Positions 10,459-20,308 of a stretch of DNA of 64,000 nucleotides are shown here, piece by piece (the first letter of the stretch is position 1; each line of letters opens with the position of its first letter). The translations under genes were made by a program, and so were the position numbers. The notes beneath the pieces are model-generated. The model was not told where the DNA came from, did no database searches, and was given only the letters and a program-made list of their open reading frames with translations. Source of the DNA: an uncultured Gammaproteobacteria bacterium (GTDB lineage Bacteria; Pseudomonadota; Gammaproteobacteria; JACCXJ01). Location: assembly GCA_963764725.1 (NCBI GenBank), contig CAVXTM010000011.1, positions 1 to 64,000 on the forward strand, written 5' to 3'.

Positions 10459-10479
10459 GTAGGGCGCGTGCCCGCGCCA
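10459..10479 (+). repeat. REP sequence (GTAG type), left of RAYT
   Basis: gtagggcgcgtgcccgcgcca; an inverted copy lies at 11033-11053. Confidence 0.85.
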
Positions 10480-10502
10480 TTCATTGACTTTATGATTCCG
10501 TC

Positions 10503-11030
10503 ATGGCTGATTATCGCCGCGCCCATGTGCCGGGTGGCAGCTATTTTTTCACCGTTAACACCTATCGGCGCCAAACGTTTCTCACCGATGCCGATGTGCG
10601 CTCCGCCCTGCGGGAAGCGATCGGAACGCTTCGTTTGACCGAGGCTGTTGCTGCCTGACCACATGCATCCCCTCTGGACATTGCCTCCCGGAGATGAGGA
10701 TTTCTCCCACCGCAGGCGTGTCATCAAGCGAATGCGTCACGCAGCGCTGCCAAACGAGGCTCAATCGACTTGAATGGATGAATGCGCGTCGCAGAATACG
10801 GAACCAAGCACCTTATGGCAGCATCGATTTTGGGAACATCTCATCCGCGATGAGGCCGACTTCAACCGGCATATCGATTACATCCATTGGAACCCGGTGA
10901 AGCATGGGTACGTGGCACAGGTGAGCCATTGGCCGTATCGAGCTTCCATCGGTATGTCAAACAGGGGTGGCTGCCAGCAAATTGGGGAAGCAACATCGAA
11001 CCACTCAACGGCGCTGACTTCGGCGAATGA
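10503..11030 (+). pseudogene. REP-associated tyrosine transposase (RAYT, Y1/HUH), frameshifted
   Basis: MADYRRAHVPGGSYFFTV, LPDHMH.LWTLP and LWQHRFWEHLIRDEADFNRHIDYIHWNPVKHG lie in different frames. Confidence 0.9.
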
Positions 11031-11032
11031 GT

Positions 11033-11053
11033 TGGCGCGGACACGCGCCCTAC
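11033..11053 (-). repeat. REP sequence, right of RAYT
   Basis: Reverse complement gtagggcgcgtgtccgcgcca differs from the left copy by one base. Confidence 0.85.
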
Positions 11054-11058
11054 GCTCG

Positions 11059-11190
11059 CTGCTTTCGTGCCTACGCATCAAGCAAGCTGTTGCCAGCCCA
11101 CCTGCAAGGCTCGATACCGGGCCTGTGGCTAGCAGTTACCCGGGCGGGCATCTCACCCGCTAGAGTGCGCGACATTGCCATGCCGCAACC
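11059..11190 (-). mobile_element. Probable group II intron 5' (domain I) fragment
   Basis: Minus strand gttgcggcatggcaatgtcgcg...gcgggtgagatgcccgc...ggtatcgagccttgc...gatgcgtaggcacgaaagc resembles the 5' part of bacterial group II introns; no RT ORF or domain V seen. Confidence 0.55.
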
Positions 11191-11480
11191 AAGACCTGAC
11201 CCTTTCGCCCCCTTGCTTCCAAATCCAATGTCGCATGTCAAGTAAATAAATCACAAACTTTTCGTGAGTAGTTCACAGAGTTCTCCGTTCAGGATCGGAA
11301 GAATAACGTCCAGCCGGAAAGAATTGCGGCGCGGCTCAATCGGTCCCACTGATTGATCCTGATAACTTGAGAAACCGTACCATCCTTTAGATGTGCGTTT
11401 CTCGATAGGTGTTGGCCTTGCCAAAAGTTAGGACGGTGAGGTCGATACGGGTATCTATACGTCTATGAGGAAGAGTCATC

Positions 11481-13793
11481 ATGAACTACACATCGAGATA
11501 CTTACCGGCCTTGATGCTTGGGCTTTTCTTATCTCTCAGTCCAGGCCTTTATGCTGCAGAGGTGCTTGAGGGCGTGGAAATTGAACGGCCAGGAGCAGCA
11601 GCCCCCGCAGCGGCGGAGCCAGAACCGAGGGCTGTGCCCGCCAAACCCGACCGTACGGTTATCGGACCCGGCGTACACCCCAACAAGGTCATCGTCAAGT
11701 TTGTGGAAGGTAGTGCTGTCCGTTTTAGGACGGGCAATCTGGTAAGCCTGGGACCACCGGGCGCTAAGGCGGCCATGGACCCCTTGTCCGACCTGATCTC
11801 AAGCTTCCACGGAGCAAAAATAGAAAGACAGTTCACCCGTCCCGAACAGGATCTGGAGAAGGAAAAGGTGCAGGGAGAAGCACGTTCTGGCAAGGAGTTG
11901 GCGGACCTCAACAATTATTACGTAATCACCTTAAAGGAAGATGCGGATACGGGTGCGTTTATTGATGCCTTGAATGCCATGGACATCGTGGAGATTGCCT
12001 ATCCTGAGCCGATCCCAGAACCCGCAGCCATAGACCCGCCCCATGTCCCTAGCGATATATCACCGGTAACCCCTGATCTATCCGGTGGTAGAGGTTATCT
12101 GAACGCCGACCCAAGGGGCGTGAACGCATCGTTTGCGTGGACTAAACCGGGAGGAAGGGTGCCGGTATCAAGGTCGCCGACATCGAGGGCGGCTGGCAGA
12201 TAGGTCACGAGGATCTCGATATCCATGCCACAGACCTTTTATCCGGGACTAATAACGCTGATCCGGTGTGGCGAAACCACGGCACCGCTGTGCTCGGCGA
12301 GATCATCGGGCACAAAAACGGCTACGGCATCACCGGGATAGCTAACGAAGCCAAAGCCCGCATGGTATCCATCTTTGGAAACACGACTGCTAATGCTATC
12401 AACATCGCAGCGAGCAATCTTAGCCGGGGGGATATCATCCTGATCGAACTGCACGCTCCGGGTCCGGATAGCGGTGCCGTATGCGAGTGTAACTGCGGTC
12501 AGTTCGAATTTATCGCCATGGAGTTCTGGCAAGATAACTTCGACGCCATCCAAGCGGCGACGGCCAATGGCATCATCGTGGTCGAGGCGGCCGGTAATGG
12601 ATCGATGAACCTCGATAACGCCATTTATGGTGGTAATTCTGACCGCGGCGTTCGCGATTCCGGTGCCATCTTGATTGGTGCCGCGACCTCCTCCGTCCCG
12701 CACAACCCGACCTGCTGGACAAACTTCGGTAATAGGATAGACTCTTATGGCTGGGGGGAGAATGTCAGGACCACCGGATACGGTGACCTCTTCAATGGCG
12801 GGGGCGATACCAACCAGTATTACACCAGTTTTTTCAGTGGTACCTCTAGCGCCTCACCGATCGTGGTCGGTGCAGCGGCATCCCTGCAGGGTTATGTCCG
12901 GGCCAAGATCGGCGGGGGCCGCCTCACGCCCCGCTGGAATGCGCCATGTCCTAACAGGAACCGGTACCGGACAGGGGTTTGGTGGATCCTGGGGTTTTAA
13001 ACACATCGGCACGCTGCCCGATTTGCAAAAGGCGATTGGTTATCTGAGCGGAAAGGTCAACTTTGACATCGTAGCGGCTCCGAGTGCATTTCTTTCAACT
13101 ACCGCACTCAGGGATACCTTTGCAAAGTTCGGAGCAAAGTTTAGAGGTCCGGGGACATCCCCAGATGGCGGTGCGGTCCTCAACGAAGGAAGCAATTTCT
13201 TCGTAAGTGGCTACTCAGCGCGGAACTTCCTCGCCTTTAACTGCGGTGCAACCTTGAGCAACGGTGCCATACCGCAGTTTCCAGAGCGAGTGATATTTTC
13301 GAAACCGCCGCTTTCCAAGCTCCCGGAGCGGGTAACCCTGAGAGCGGGATCCGGTCTATCGGTAGGTGAGACGGTGACATTCGCTGCCCAGAGCAGCACC
13401 GGAAACGTTCTCGATACGGCAACGCTCAACCTAGCCTCCGGCCTACAGAGCGTAGACCTCTTAGGGCCGGGTATCAAGACAGTCAATATGAAAGGCCCCG
13501 CGGCTTATAAGGCCGTTGTTGACAACGTCTACTTCGGCGGTTGTATGACCCAGAAGTACACCGATAATTTTGGGACCGAGTATTATCTGGTGCAAGATGG
13601 TTCTAGTAACATCAGTGGTAGAACCCATAATGGAAGTGTTGACGGAAACCCGTGGATAATCCGGGGGAATCGCAGCGGATCGAGTTTGACCTTCCGTGTC
13701 ACGAATCCGTCCCTCGACACAGGGTGCTTCTCATACACGTTCACCGGCACCGTAGGGGCAGGCTGCGGAACAGCAACCGGCACCTGGGCTTAA
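11481..13793 (+). pseudogene. Secreted S8 subtilisin-like serine protease with C-terminal extension; two frameshifts
   Basis: Signal peptide and propeptide; triad motifs VADIEGG, NHGTAVLG and FSGTSSASP; frame changes near 12160 and 12930. Confidence 0.85.
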
Positions 13794-14399
13794 CGAACTG
13801 CGGGCTGATAGAAGCATGACTGAATGCGAGCGTTCTCAGCTCCGCGCCCAGTAGTCTGCGCGGCGCAGGCTGCAATCCCAGCCACGCAAGGGTGATGAAC
13901 GACGCCAAGACCTGCCCTCGACTGATCGACTTAGCGCACCGCGACCTTCCCCTTCCCGTAACACCGTGCGACTGCAACGGCATATCGATTGCAATGTGGA
14001 ACCCGATTAGTGGTAAAGGTCATAGCGGACTTCTCATCGTCTGTTCAAGAGGTTGTTACAGCCTCCAATTGGGGACATCACGATGCCGTTCGGGAGGGGA
14101 GGAGTCGATACCTTATCCTACTCGGGCTAATAATACTCCGGCGGCAGGCGACTTCGAATCGTCTTCACGCAGACACCGATAAGAGGAGCGACTTCGCCAC
14201 CATAGCGCCGCGAGGACGGAACCCGCGACATATCCGACCACGGTGACGACCACGATAACCAGGAATGTTCTCTCCGACGGCAGGGTTGCGGTCGCGAGTG
14301 TGACGGTACGCCCTTCATCAACGACCAAGTCGCCCGAGAAAGCAGCTCGACCCCCTGGCAAGCTTTGATCGCAGACTGTTTCAGCGCGAAAGCGATTCA

Positions 14400-15240
14400 T
14401 GTTCAGGTCTGGGTTCACAGATCGTGATGAAGGGAGATGTCTCGGTCAGCCCGTACGCTTGAGTAACCACCCATCCGAGTTCACCTCGATTCGTTCGATG
14501 GTTGCCGCGGCTGGCGGCGCACCGGCTGTCAGATGCGCACACCGCGGCGCGCTTCGCGTCTCAGTTCCTCCGGACCATTGGCGATGCTGATCAAAACCGT
14601 CGGAGCGCGCAGAGCATGCTGATCGATTCTTGCTGATCTTTTCGAAGACGGCAAACGGCTCGACTTTGCTCAGACAGATATGAGTCGCCCCACGGCTGTG
14701 ACAGTCCCCACGAACGTCCAGCCGTTGGCATGCAACATCGGCAGCGTCCAGAGATAACGATCCGTATGAGTCATGGCGTGATGGATAGCGTGCCACGAGT
14801 TAATGTAAGCGTTGCGATGGGTAATCATCACCCCTTTGGGCTTGGAAGTGGTGCCGCTGGTGTAATTGATGGTCAACAGATTCTGTTTCCAGAATGGCCG
14901 GCCGTGTGAAGTCGGCAGGTGCTTCCGCGAGGAGCTTCTCGTAATCCAGCCAGCCAGGTTCGGCTCCCTTCGAGCGCAACGAACGCCGCAACATTCGGCA
15001 ACTGTGAGCGAACGCTGTCGACCGCGTCAAGGTAATCGGAGTGGGCGCACACGATCCGCGCGCCGCTGTGATTGATGAGATAAGCGAAGTCATCGGCAGT
15101 CAAGCGATAGTTGACCGGCACCAGGATCGCTCCGATCTGGGGCACGGCGTAAAAAGATTCGAGCTGGGCATGAGTGTTAGGTGCGATATAGGCAACGCGG
15201 TCGCCTTGTCGAACTCCGAGCGCTTGCAATGCCGACGACC
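14400..15240 (-). pseudogene. Acyl-CoA synthetase (AMP-binding) fragments
   Basis: GDRVAYIAPN, INYTSGTTSKPKGVMITHRN, YLWTLPMLHANGW and GLTETSPFIT spread over several frames. Confidence 0.88.
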
Positions 15241-15286
15241 ATCGACGAGACGTTATGCCAAATCGGGAGCAGAATCTGCTCGCCGG

Positions 15287-16099
15287 TCACGGCTCGGTGA
15301 CGAGGCCGTCGAGTGCGTAGTTCGGCCATCCCTTTCCTAAGAATGATTGCGACAGAACGACGACGCCAAGGCGGCTCCTCGCCAGTCCGGTATCGATCTT
15401 CCGCCTTAGGCGATCGCCGGCAGGACCAATGTCGAGTGAGGGGTCGGAGCCGTACTGTCGACCGCGTAGCGAGATCGAGAAGTAGGGATGCGACGGCGGC
15501 GCGATAGCCTGATTTGGAGCTAATTCATCGAACCACACGCTGAGGCCGGCCTTCTGGCAACGCGTGCGCCAGTGGTCGCACAACTTCTGGCCGAGATCGT
15601 GTTGCGTGAATTGATTCGCAGCAATCTTAGCGCGAGCGCGTTTACGGATATATAAACTCAACATCGTGGATCGAGCTATGAGACAGATGCGCGTCTTTGT
15701 CTTCCGACGCATGAGAGATGAAGACATCATACTCTCTTTCGTCGGGGCGCTCGGCTACACGGGGTGCCTCTGCGTGGCTTTGAACCAGCGATGGTACAGA
15801 TGACAGTGGAGCTTCGCTCAGTGGCGGTAGAGCACCCGGCAGAACCCGAATTCCAGACCGGACTGAACCCGGATAACCCCCAAGGTCGATCACCACATAC
15901 CAATGTCCTGAGTGAGGGATCTGGAGCCGTACTGTTGACCGCGTAGCGTGTCCGCCGAAGTACGATGCTGACGGCCGGCGCGGTAGCTCTGAAAGTTGGA
16001 GCTATCCATCAGCCGCACGTTGGCGGCACTTCCGGACAAGCTAACTTCGACAACCTCGCCGCCCTGCTTCTGACCAAGATCGTATTGCGTGAATTGCAT
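15287..16099 (-). pseudogene. DUF1883-TIR domain protein, frameshifted and internally scrambled
   Basis: MQFTQYDLGQKQGGEVVEVSLSGSAANVRLMDSSNFQSY; TIR motifs YDVFISHASEDKD, VWFDE and LRRKIDTGLARSRLGVVVLS..F.GKGWPNY.LDGL. Confidence 0.82.
15621..15684. repeat. About 65 bp dispersed block, copy 2 (inside the TIR gene)
   Basis: Matches 9179 and 16106; accompanied by a duplicate of the gene start (NQFTQHDLGQK). Confidence 0.8.
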
Positions 16100-16105
16100 T
16101 CTCAA

Positions 16106-16171
16106 GCAATCTTAGCGCGAGTGCGTTTATAGATATATTAACCCAACATCGTGGTTCGTTAGCCATGAGAC
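16106..16171. repeat. About 65 bp dispersed block, copy 3 (upstream of DUF1883-TIR)
   Basis: Matches 9179-9242. Confidence 0.85.
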
Positions 16172-16239
16172 TCGATGTTCGGGGTCAGGTTAACAACCGC
16201 TTGATTCCGCCAAACGATGACGAGCAATGAGTCCGACTG

Positions 16240-16593
16240 AGAGCTTGTGAATAAATCTACTGCGCCACCCGCCCGCCCGCATCGCTGCGCGAGTGCTCGG
16301 AATCCTCATGTATTTCCACATACCCTGCGGTTCACCTGCGCAGGCCGTGCGCAGCTCGCGGGCGGGAATCAGCAAAGGGTGATCGTGCTGTATGCAGAAA
16401 CTGCTGACATTCGGAATGCATGTTGAAAAATAATGCCCTTTGGAAGCTGCGAAGCACTTGACTTTGAACAAGGTTGCTCTCCCGGAGGGAGAGGGAGAAA
16501 AGGCGATGCCTGTTGCGGCAGGACAGGGACCTTGACGATGTACCCGACATTTCAAATATCTTTGGTGCTCGCGACGAGTTCTTCACAAGCTCT
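16240..16593. repeat. MITE-like element, subfamily A, with an internal insert of about 200 bp
   Basis: TIRs agagcttgtgaa / ttcacaagctct; first about 120 bp and last about 30 bp match 478-627. Confidence 0.75.
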
Positions 16594-16665
16594 GAACGCC
16601 TTATCTTGCCTCACCGCCACTCAGGGACAGACCACGAGGACAACGCACGTCGAGTACTATAAGCA

Positions 16666-17757
16666 CTAAACCTTGAACCGGAAACGCACGACATCGCCGT
16701 CACGAAGGACGTATTCCTTGCCTTCCAACCGCCACTTGCCGGCTTCCTTCGCCCCGTTCTCGCCGCGGTAGGTCAGAAAATCGTCGTAAGTGATGACCTC
16801 GGCGCGAATAAACCCGCGCTCGAAGTCCGTGTGAATGACCCCGGCGGCATGGGGCGCCGTCGCTCCCACCGGAATCGTCCAGGCGCGCGCTTCTTTCGGG
16901 CCGGCGGTAAAAAAGGTGTGCAAGCCCAGCAAGGCGTAGCCGGCGCGGATGAAACGATTGAGGCCGGGTTCTTGGAGGCCGAGCGCCGTCAAGTACTCGC
17001 GGCGTTCGCCTTCGCTCAAGCACACGAGCTCCGCCTCTAAGGCGGCACAAACGACGAGACTGGCCGCACCTTCACGCGCGGCGTAGTGGATGAGATCCTC
17101 CGTCCAGCGATTCCCGCAAAGCTCCGCCTCCTTGACGTTCGCGATATAAATCGTGGGCTTCATCGTTAACAGGTGCAGATCGCGCAAGCGCTCGCGTTCT
17201 TGGAACGTGAACTCCACCGACCGCAGCGCTTGACCCGAATCGAGGCGGGTGCGCGCGGTCTCGAAAACCTCTCTCGCGGCCGAGGCTTCCTTATCGCCGA
17301 TCTTGGTGCGCTTGACGGCGCGCTCCAAGGCGCGCTCGACCGTCTCGAGGTCCGCGAGACAGAGCTCGGTATGGATGGTCTCGATGTCGGACAGGGGATC
17401 GACATGACCTGCCACATGCACCACATTATCGTCCTCGAAACAGCGCACGACCTGGGCGATGGCTTGTGTTTCCCGGATATGGGCCAGGAACTGGTTGCCC
17501 AAGCCCTCGCCCTTGGAGGCCCCGGCCACCAGGCCCGCGATATCGACGAATTCCACTTGGGTCGGAACGATTTTTTGCGGCTTGACGATGTCCGCGAGCG
17601 CCGTTAAGCGAGGGTCGGGTATGGCGACCAGACCGATGTTCGGGTCGATGGTGCAGAAAGGATAATTCTCGGCCGCGATCGAGGCCTTGGTGAGCGCATT
17701 AAAGAGCGTGGACTTACCGACATTCGGCAGGCCCACGATGCCGCATTTAAACCCCAT
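16666..17757 (-). CDS. ychF: Redox-regulated ATPase YchF
   Basis: [49 protein letters not shown]. Confidence 0.98.
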   Translation of the reverse strand: MGFKCGIVGLPNVGKSTLFNALTKASIAAENYPFCTIDPNIGLVAIPDPRLTALADIVKPQKIVPTQVEFVDIAGLVAGASKGEGLGNQFLAHIRETQAIAQVVRCFEDDNVVHVAGHVDPLSDIETIHTELCLADLETVERALERAVKRTKIGDKEASAAREVFETARTRLDSGQALRSVEFTFQERERLRDLHLLTMKPTIYIANVKEAELCGNRWTEDLIHYAAREGAASLVVCAALEAELVCLSEGERREYLTALGLQEPGLNRFIRAGYALLGLHTFFTAGPKEARAWTIPVGATAPHAAGVIHTDFERGFIRAEVITYDDFLTYRGENGAKEAGKWRLEGKEYVLRDGDVVRFRFKV

Positions 17758-17767
17758 CAGGGAAGCT

Positions 17768-17916
17768 TAGGGAAACTCTGAATTAGTGTTATGAGCACGC
17801 CCAGATGCGCGAAGCCGCACAGCGAGACGCGAGACATATCTGCAGATAGGCGAGCGGCGAGCGAGCACGCGACAAAGCAAGATGGGCAGCACAGTAGCTT
17901 ATTCAGAGTTTCCTTG
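17768..17916. repeat. MITE-like element, subfamily B, about 150 bp
   Basis: TIRs ggaaactctgaat / attcagagtttcc; the reverse complement aligns with 23571-23716. Confidence 0.8.
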
Positions 17917-18510
17917 GAGCTTGTCATCGCGCCGATGCAGACGATTCATCGCCGCCGGCAGATCACCGCTGATGATCTGAGGCATCAGCTCGAGGGCCGT
18001 GTCGAGCGCCGATCCGATCGCCTCCCGATCGGCGCTCGAGGGGCGGCTCAAGAGGAACGGCGTGACCAGCTCGCGCGCTCCCGGGTGTCCGACTCCTACG
18101 CGCAGGCGAATGAAACCAGGATCGGGCAGGCAGGCCAAAATATCCCGCAGCCCGTTGTGCCCGCCGTGACCCCCGCCGCGTTTCAAGCGCACCGTTCCGG
18201 GGGGGAGATCCAACTCATCGTAAGCCACCAATACCGATGCCGCCGGAATTCGATAATAGTGCGTGAACGCCGCGACGCTGCGCCCGCTATGGTTCATGAA
18301 CGCCATGGGCTTCAGCAACCAACACTCACGGTCCGCGAGACGGACGCGGCCGATGTGGCCAAAAAAATGCCTTTGTAGCTGAAACTCGGCGCCGCACGAG
18401 CGCGCTATCCGATCCAGCAGCCAGAAACCGATATTGTGGCGCGTCTCGGCGTACTCGGGGCCCGGGTTGCCAAGACCGACGATGAGATCGATCCCTGCGC
18501 AGTCCGACAC
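17899..18510 (-). CDS. pth: Peptidyl-tRNA hydrolase
   Basis: LIVGLGNPG.EY..TRHNIGF and GGGHGGHNGLR. Confidence 0.97.
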   Translation of the reverse strand: MSDCAGIDLIVGLGNPGPEYAETRHNIGFWLLDRIARSCGAEFQLQRHFFGHIGRVRLADRECWLLKPMAFMNHSGRSVAAFTHYYRIPAASVLVAYDELDLPPGTVRLKRGGGHGGHNGLRDILACLPDPGFIRLRVGVGHPGARELVTPFLLSRPSSADREAIGSALDTALELMPQIISGDLPAAMNRLHRRDDKLQGNSE

Positions 18511-18522
18511 GTCCGAGCCGGA

Positions 18523-19191
18523 TCAAGCGCTCGGTTTCGGTTCGGCTGCCGCCGCGGCGGCAGGCTCCTCCACGGTCTCCGCTAGAGCCTCGCCTTCGGG
18601 CACGACCACCCGCGGGATATGCACCGAGACCACGGGTTGGGCCGGATCGCCGCCGTGCAGGAGCCCGGCGGCCTCGACACCGGCGGGCAGGCTCAGGTCC
18701 GAGAGGTGCAGTGTCGTACCGACGCCTATGTCCGCAAGATCGACAGCGATAAATTCCGGCAGGTCTTTCGGCAAGCACACGACTTCGACCTCGGTCATCA
18801 AGTGGCTGATGACGCCGCCGCCTGTTTTAACGCCGACACACTTGTCCGCGTTGACAAAGTGAATCGGCACCCGCATCGTGAGCTTCTCATGCTCGCTCAC
18901 GCGCAGCAGATCGACATGCATGATGCGCGGCTTAAAGGGATGCCGTTGCAGATCCTTGAGCACTACCTTCTCCGTAGAGTCGTTCAGATTCACGCTCAGA
19001 ATATGCGAATAGAACGCTTCCTGCGCCAGGTGTTTTTCCATCTCGTCGTGACTCAACTGCAGCATCACCGGGTCTTTACCGGCGCCATACATGATGGCCG
19101 GGATCTTGCCTGCGCGGCGCAGGCGGCGGCTCGCACCTTTCCCGGCGCCGGCACGGTTTTCAGCGCTGATTTCGAACTGGTTCACTTTCAT
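18523..19191 (-). CDS. rplY: 50S ribosomal protein L25/Ctc
   Basis: GKGASRRLRR.GKIPAIMYG and QRHPFK..IMHVDL; start trimmed to MKVNQF. Confidence 0.97.
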   Translation of the reverse strand: MKVNQFEISAENRAGAGKGASRRLRRAGKIPAIMYGAGKDPVMLQLSHDEMEKHLAQEAFYSHILSVNLNDSTEKVVLKDLQRHPFKPRIMHVDLLRVSEHEKLTMRVPIHFVNADKCVGVKTGGGVISHLMTEVEVVCLPKDLPEFIAVDLADIGVGTTLHLSDLSLPAGVEAAGLLHGGDPAQPVVSVHIPRVVVPEGEALAETVEEPAAAAAAEPKPSA

Positions 19192-19255
19192 TTCCCCTTT
19201 CGTTTGCGGTTTTTTGCGGCTGGTCATGCGCCCCTGCGACCGGGAACCTTGACCA

Positions 19256-20209
19256 TCAATCCATAAACATCGAGCTCAAGGACTCTCCCGAGGCGATCCG
19301 GCGTATGCTCTCGCCGAGCAGCCCGGCGACACTGAGCTGGCGGATCCGCGGACATGCGGCCGCCACGGGCGCTAAGGGTATGGTATCGGTCACCACCAGT
19401 TCATCCAATGCGGAAGACTGAATACGCTCGACGGCATTGCCCGAAAGCACCGGATGCGTGCAGTAGGCTAAAACCCGTGTGGCGCCGCGGGCCTTAAGCG
19501 CTTGGGCGGCCTCGCACAGGGTTCCGGCGGTATCCACCAAGTCATCGATCATGACACAGGTCCGGCTCTCGACATCGCCGATAATATTCATGACCCGGGC
19601 TTCGTTGGGGTTGGGACGGCGCTTGTCGATGATCGCGAGATCCGCATCATCGAGCCGCTTGGCCAGCGCCCGCGCTCTGACAACGCCGCCCACATCGGGG
19701 GAGACCACCATGACGCTCGGGTATTCGTGTTTCCACACATCGCCGAGCAGCACAGGCGAGGCGTAGATGTTGTCGAGCGGGATATCGAAAAATCCTTGGA
19801 TCTGCTCAGAGTGGAGATCGACCGTCATGACCCGATCGGTCCCCACGCTCGCAATCATATTGGCGATCATCTTCGCGGTAATCGGCACGCGCGCAAAACG
19901 CGGGCGCCGGTCCTGGCGTGAATAACCCATGTAGGGCATAACCGCGGTAATGCGATACGCCGAAGCACGCCGGATGGCGTCGGCCATCACCAAGAGTTCG
20001 AGCAAGTGATCATTGGTCGGAGCGCAGGTAGGCTGTAGCACGAAGACATCGCGCCCGCGCACGTTCTCGGTTATCTCGACCATCACCTCGCCGTCGCTGA
20101 AACGGCCCACCATCGCCTTCCCCAAGGGGATCTGCAGATGGTTGGCCACGGCCTGCGCCAAAGCAGGGTTGGCATTGCCTGTGAACAGCATCACCGAATC
20201 AAACGACAT
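19256..20209 (-). CDS. prs: Ribose-phosphate pyrophosphokinase
   Basis: [34 protein letters not shown]. Confidence 0.98.
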   Translation of the reverse strand: MSFDSVMLFTGNANPALAQAVANHLQIPLGKAMVGRFSDGEVMVEITENVRGRDVFVLQPTCAPTNDHLLELLVMADAIRRASAYRITAVMPYMGYSRQDRRPRFARVPITAKMIANMIASVGTDRVMTVDLHSEQIQGFFDIPLDNIYASPVLLGDVWKHEYPSVMVVSPDVGGVVRARALAKRLDDADLAIIDKRRPNPNEARVMNIIGDVESRTCVMIDDLVDTAGTLCEAAQALKARGATRVLAYCTHPVLSGNAVERIQSSALDELVVTDTIPLAPVAAACPRIRQLSVAGLLGESIRRIASGESLSSMFMD

Positions 20210-20233
20210 GCCTGCCCCTTGGTCACCTAAACA

Positions 20234-20308
20234 TGGCTGGGGTGCCAGGATTCGAACCTGGGAATGCGGGGATCAAAACCCCGTGCCTTACCGCTTGGCT
20301 ACACCCCA
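20234..20308 (-). tRNA. tRNA-Gln (anticodon TTG)
   Basis: TGGGGTGTAGCCAAGCGGTAAGGCACGGGGTTTTGATCCCCGCATTCCCAGGTTCGAATCCTGGCACCCCAGCCA; canonical ispE-prs position. Confidence 0.97.

Noticed and set aside
12150-12940. Programmed frameshifting in the S8 gene
   Set aside because: No slippery heptamer with a downstream structure was seen; mutation or sequencing error is simpler.
13800-14400. Short ORFs between the S8 gene and the acyl-CoA synthetase remnant
   Set aside because: No RBS or motif support; probably degraded fragments.
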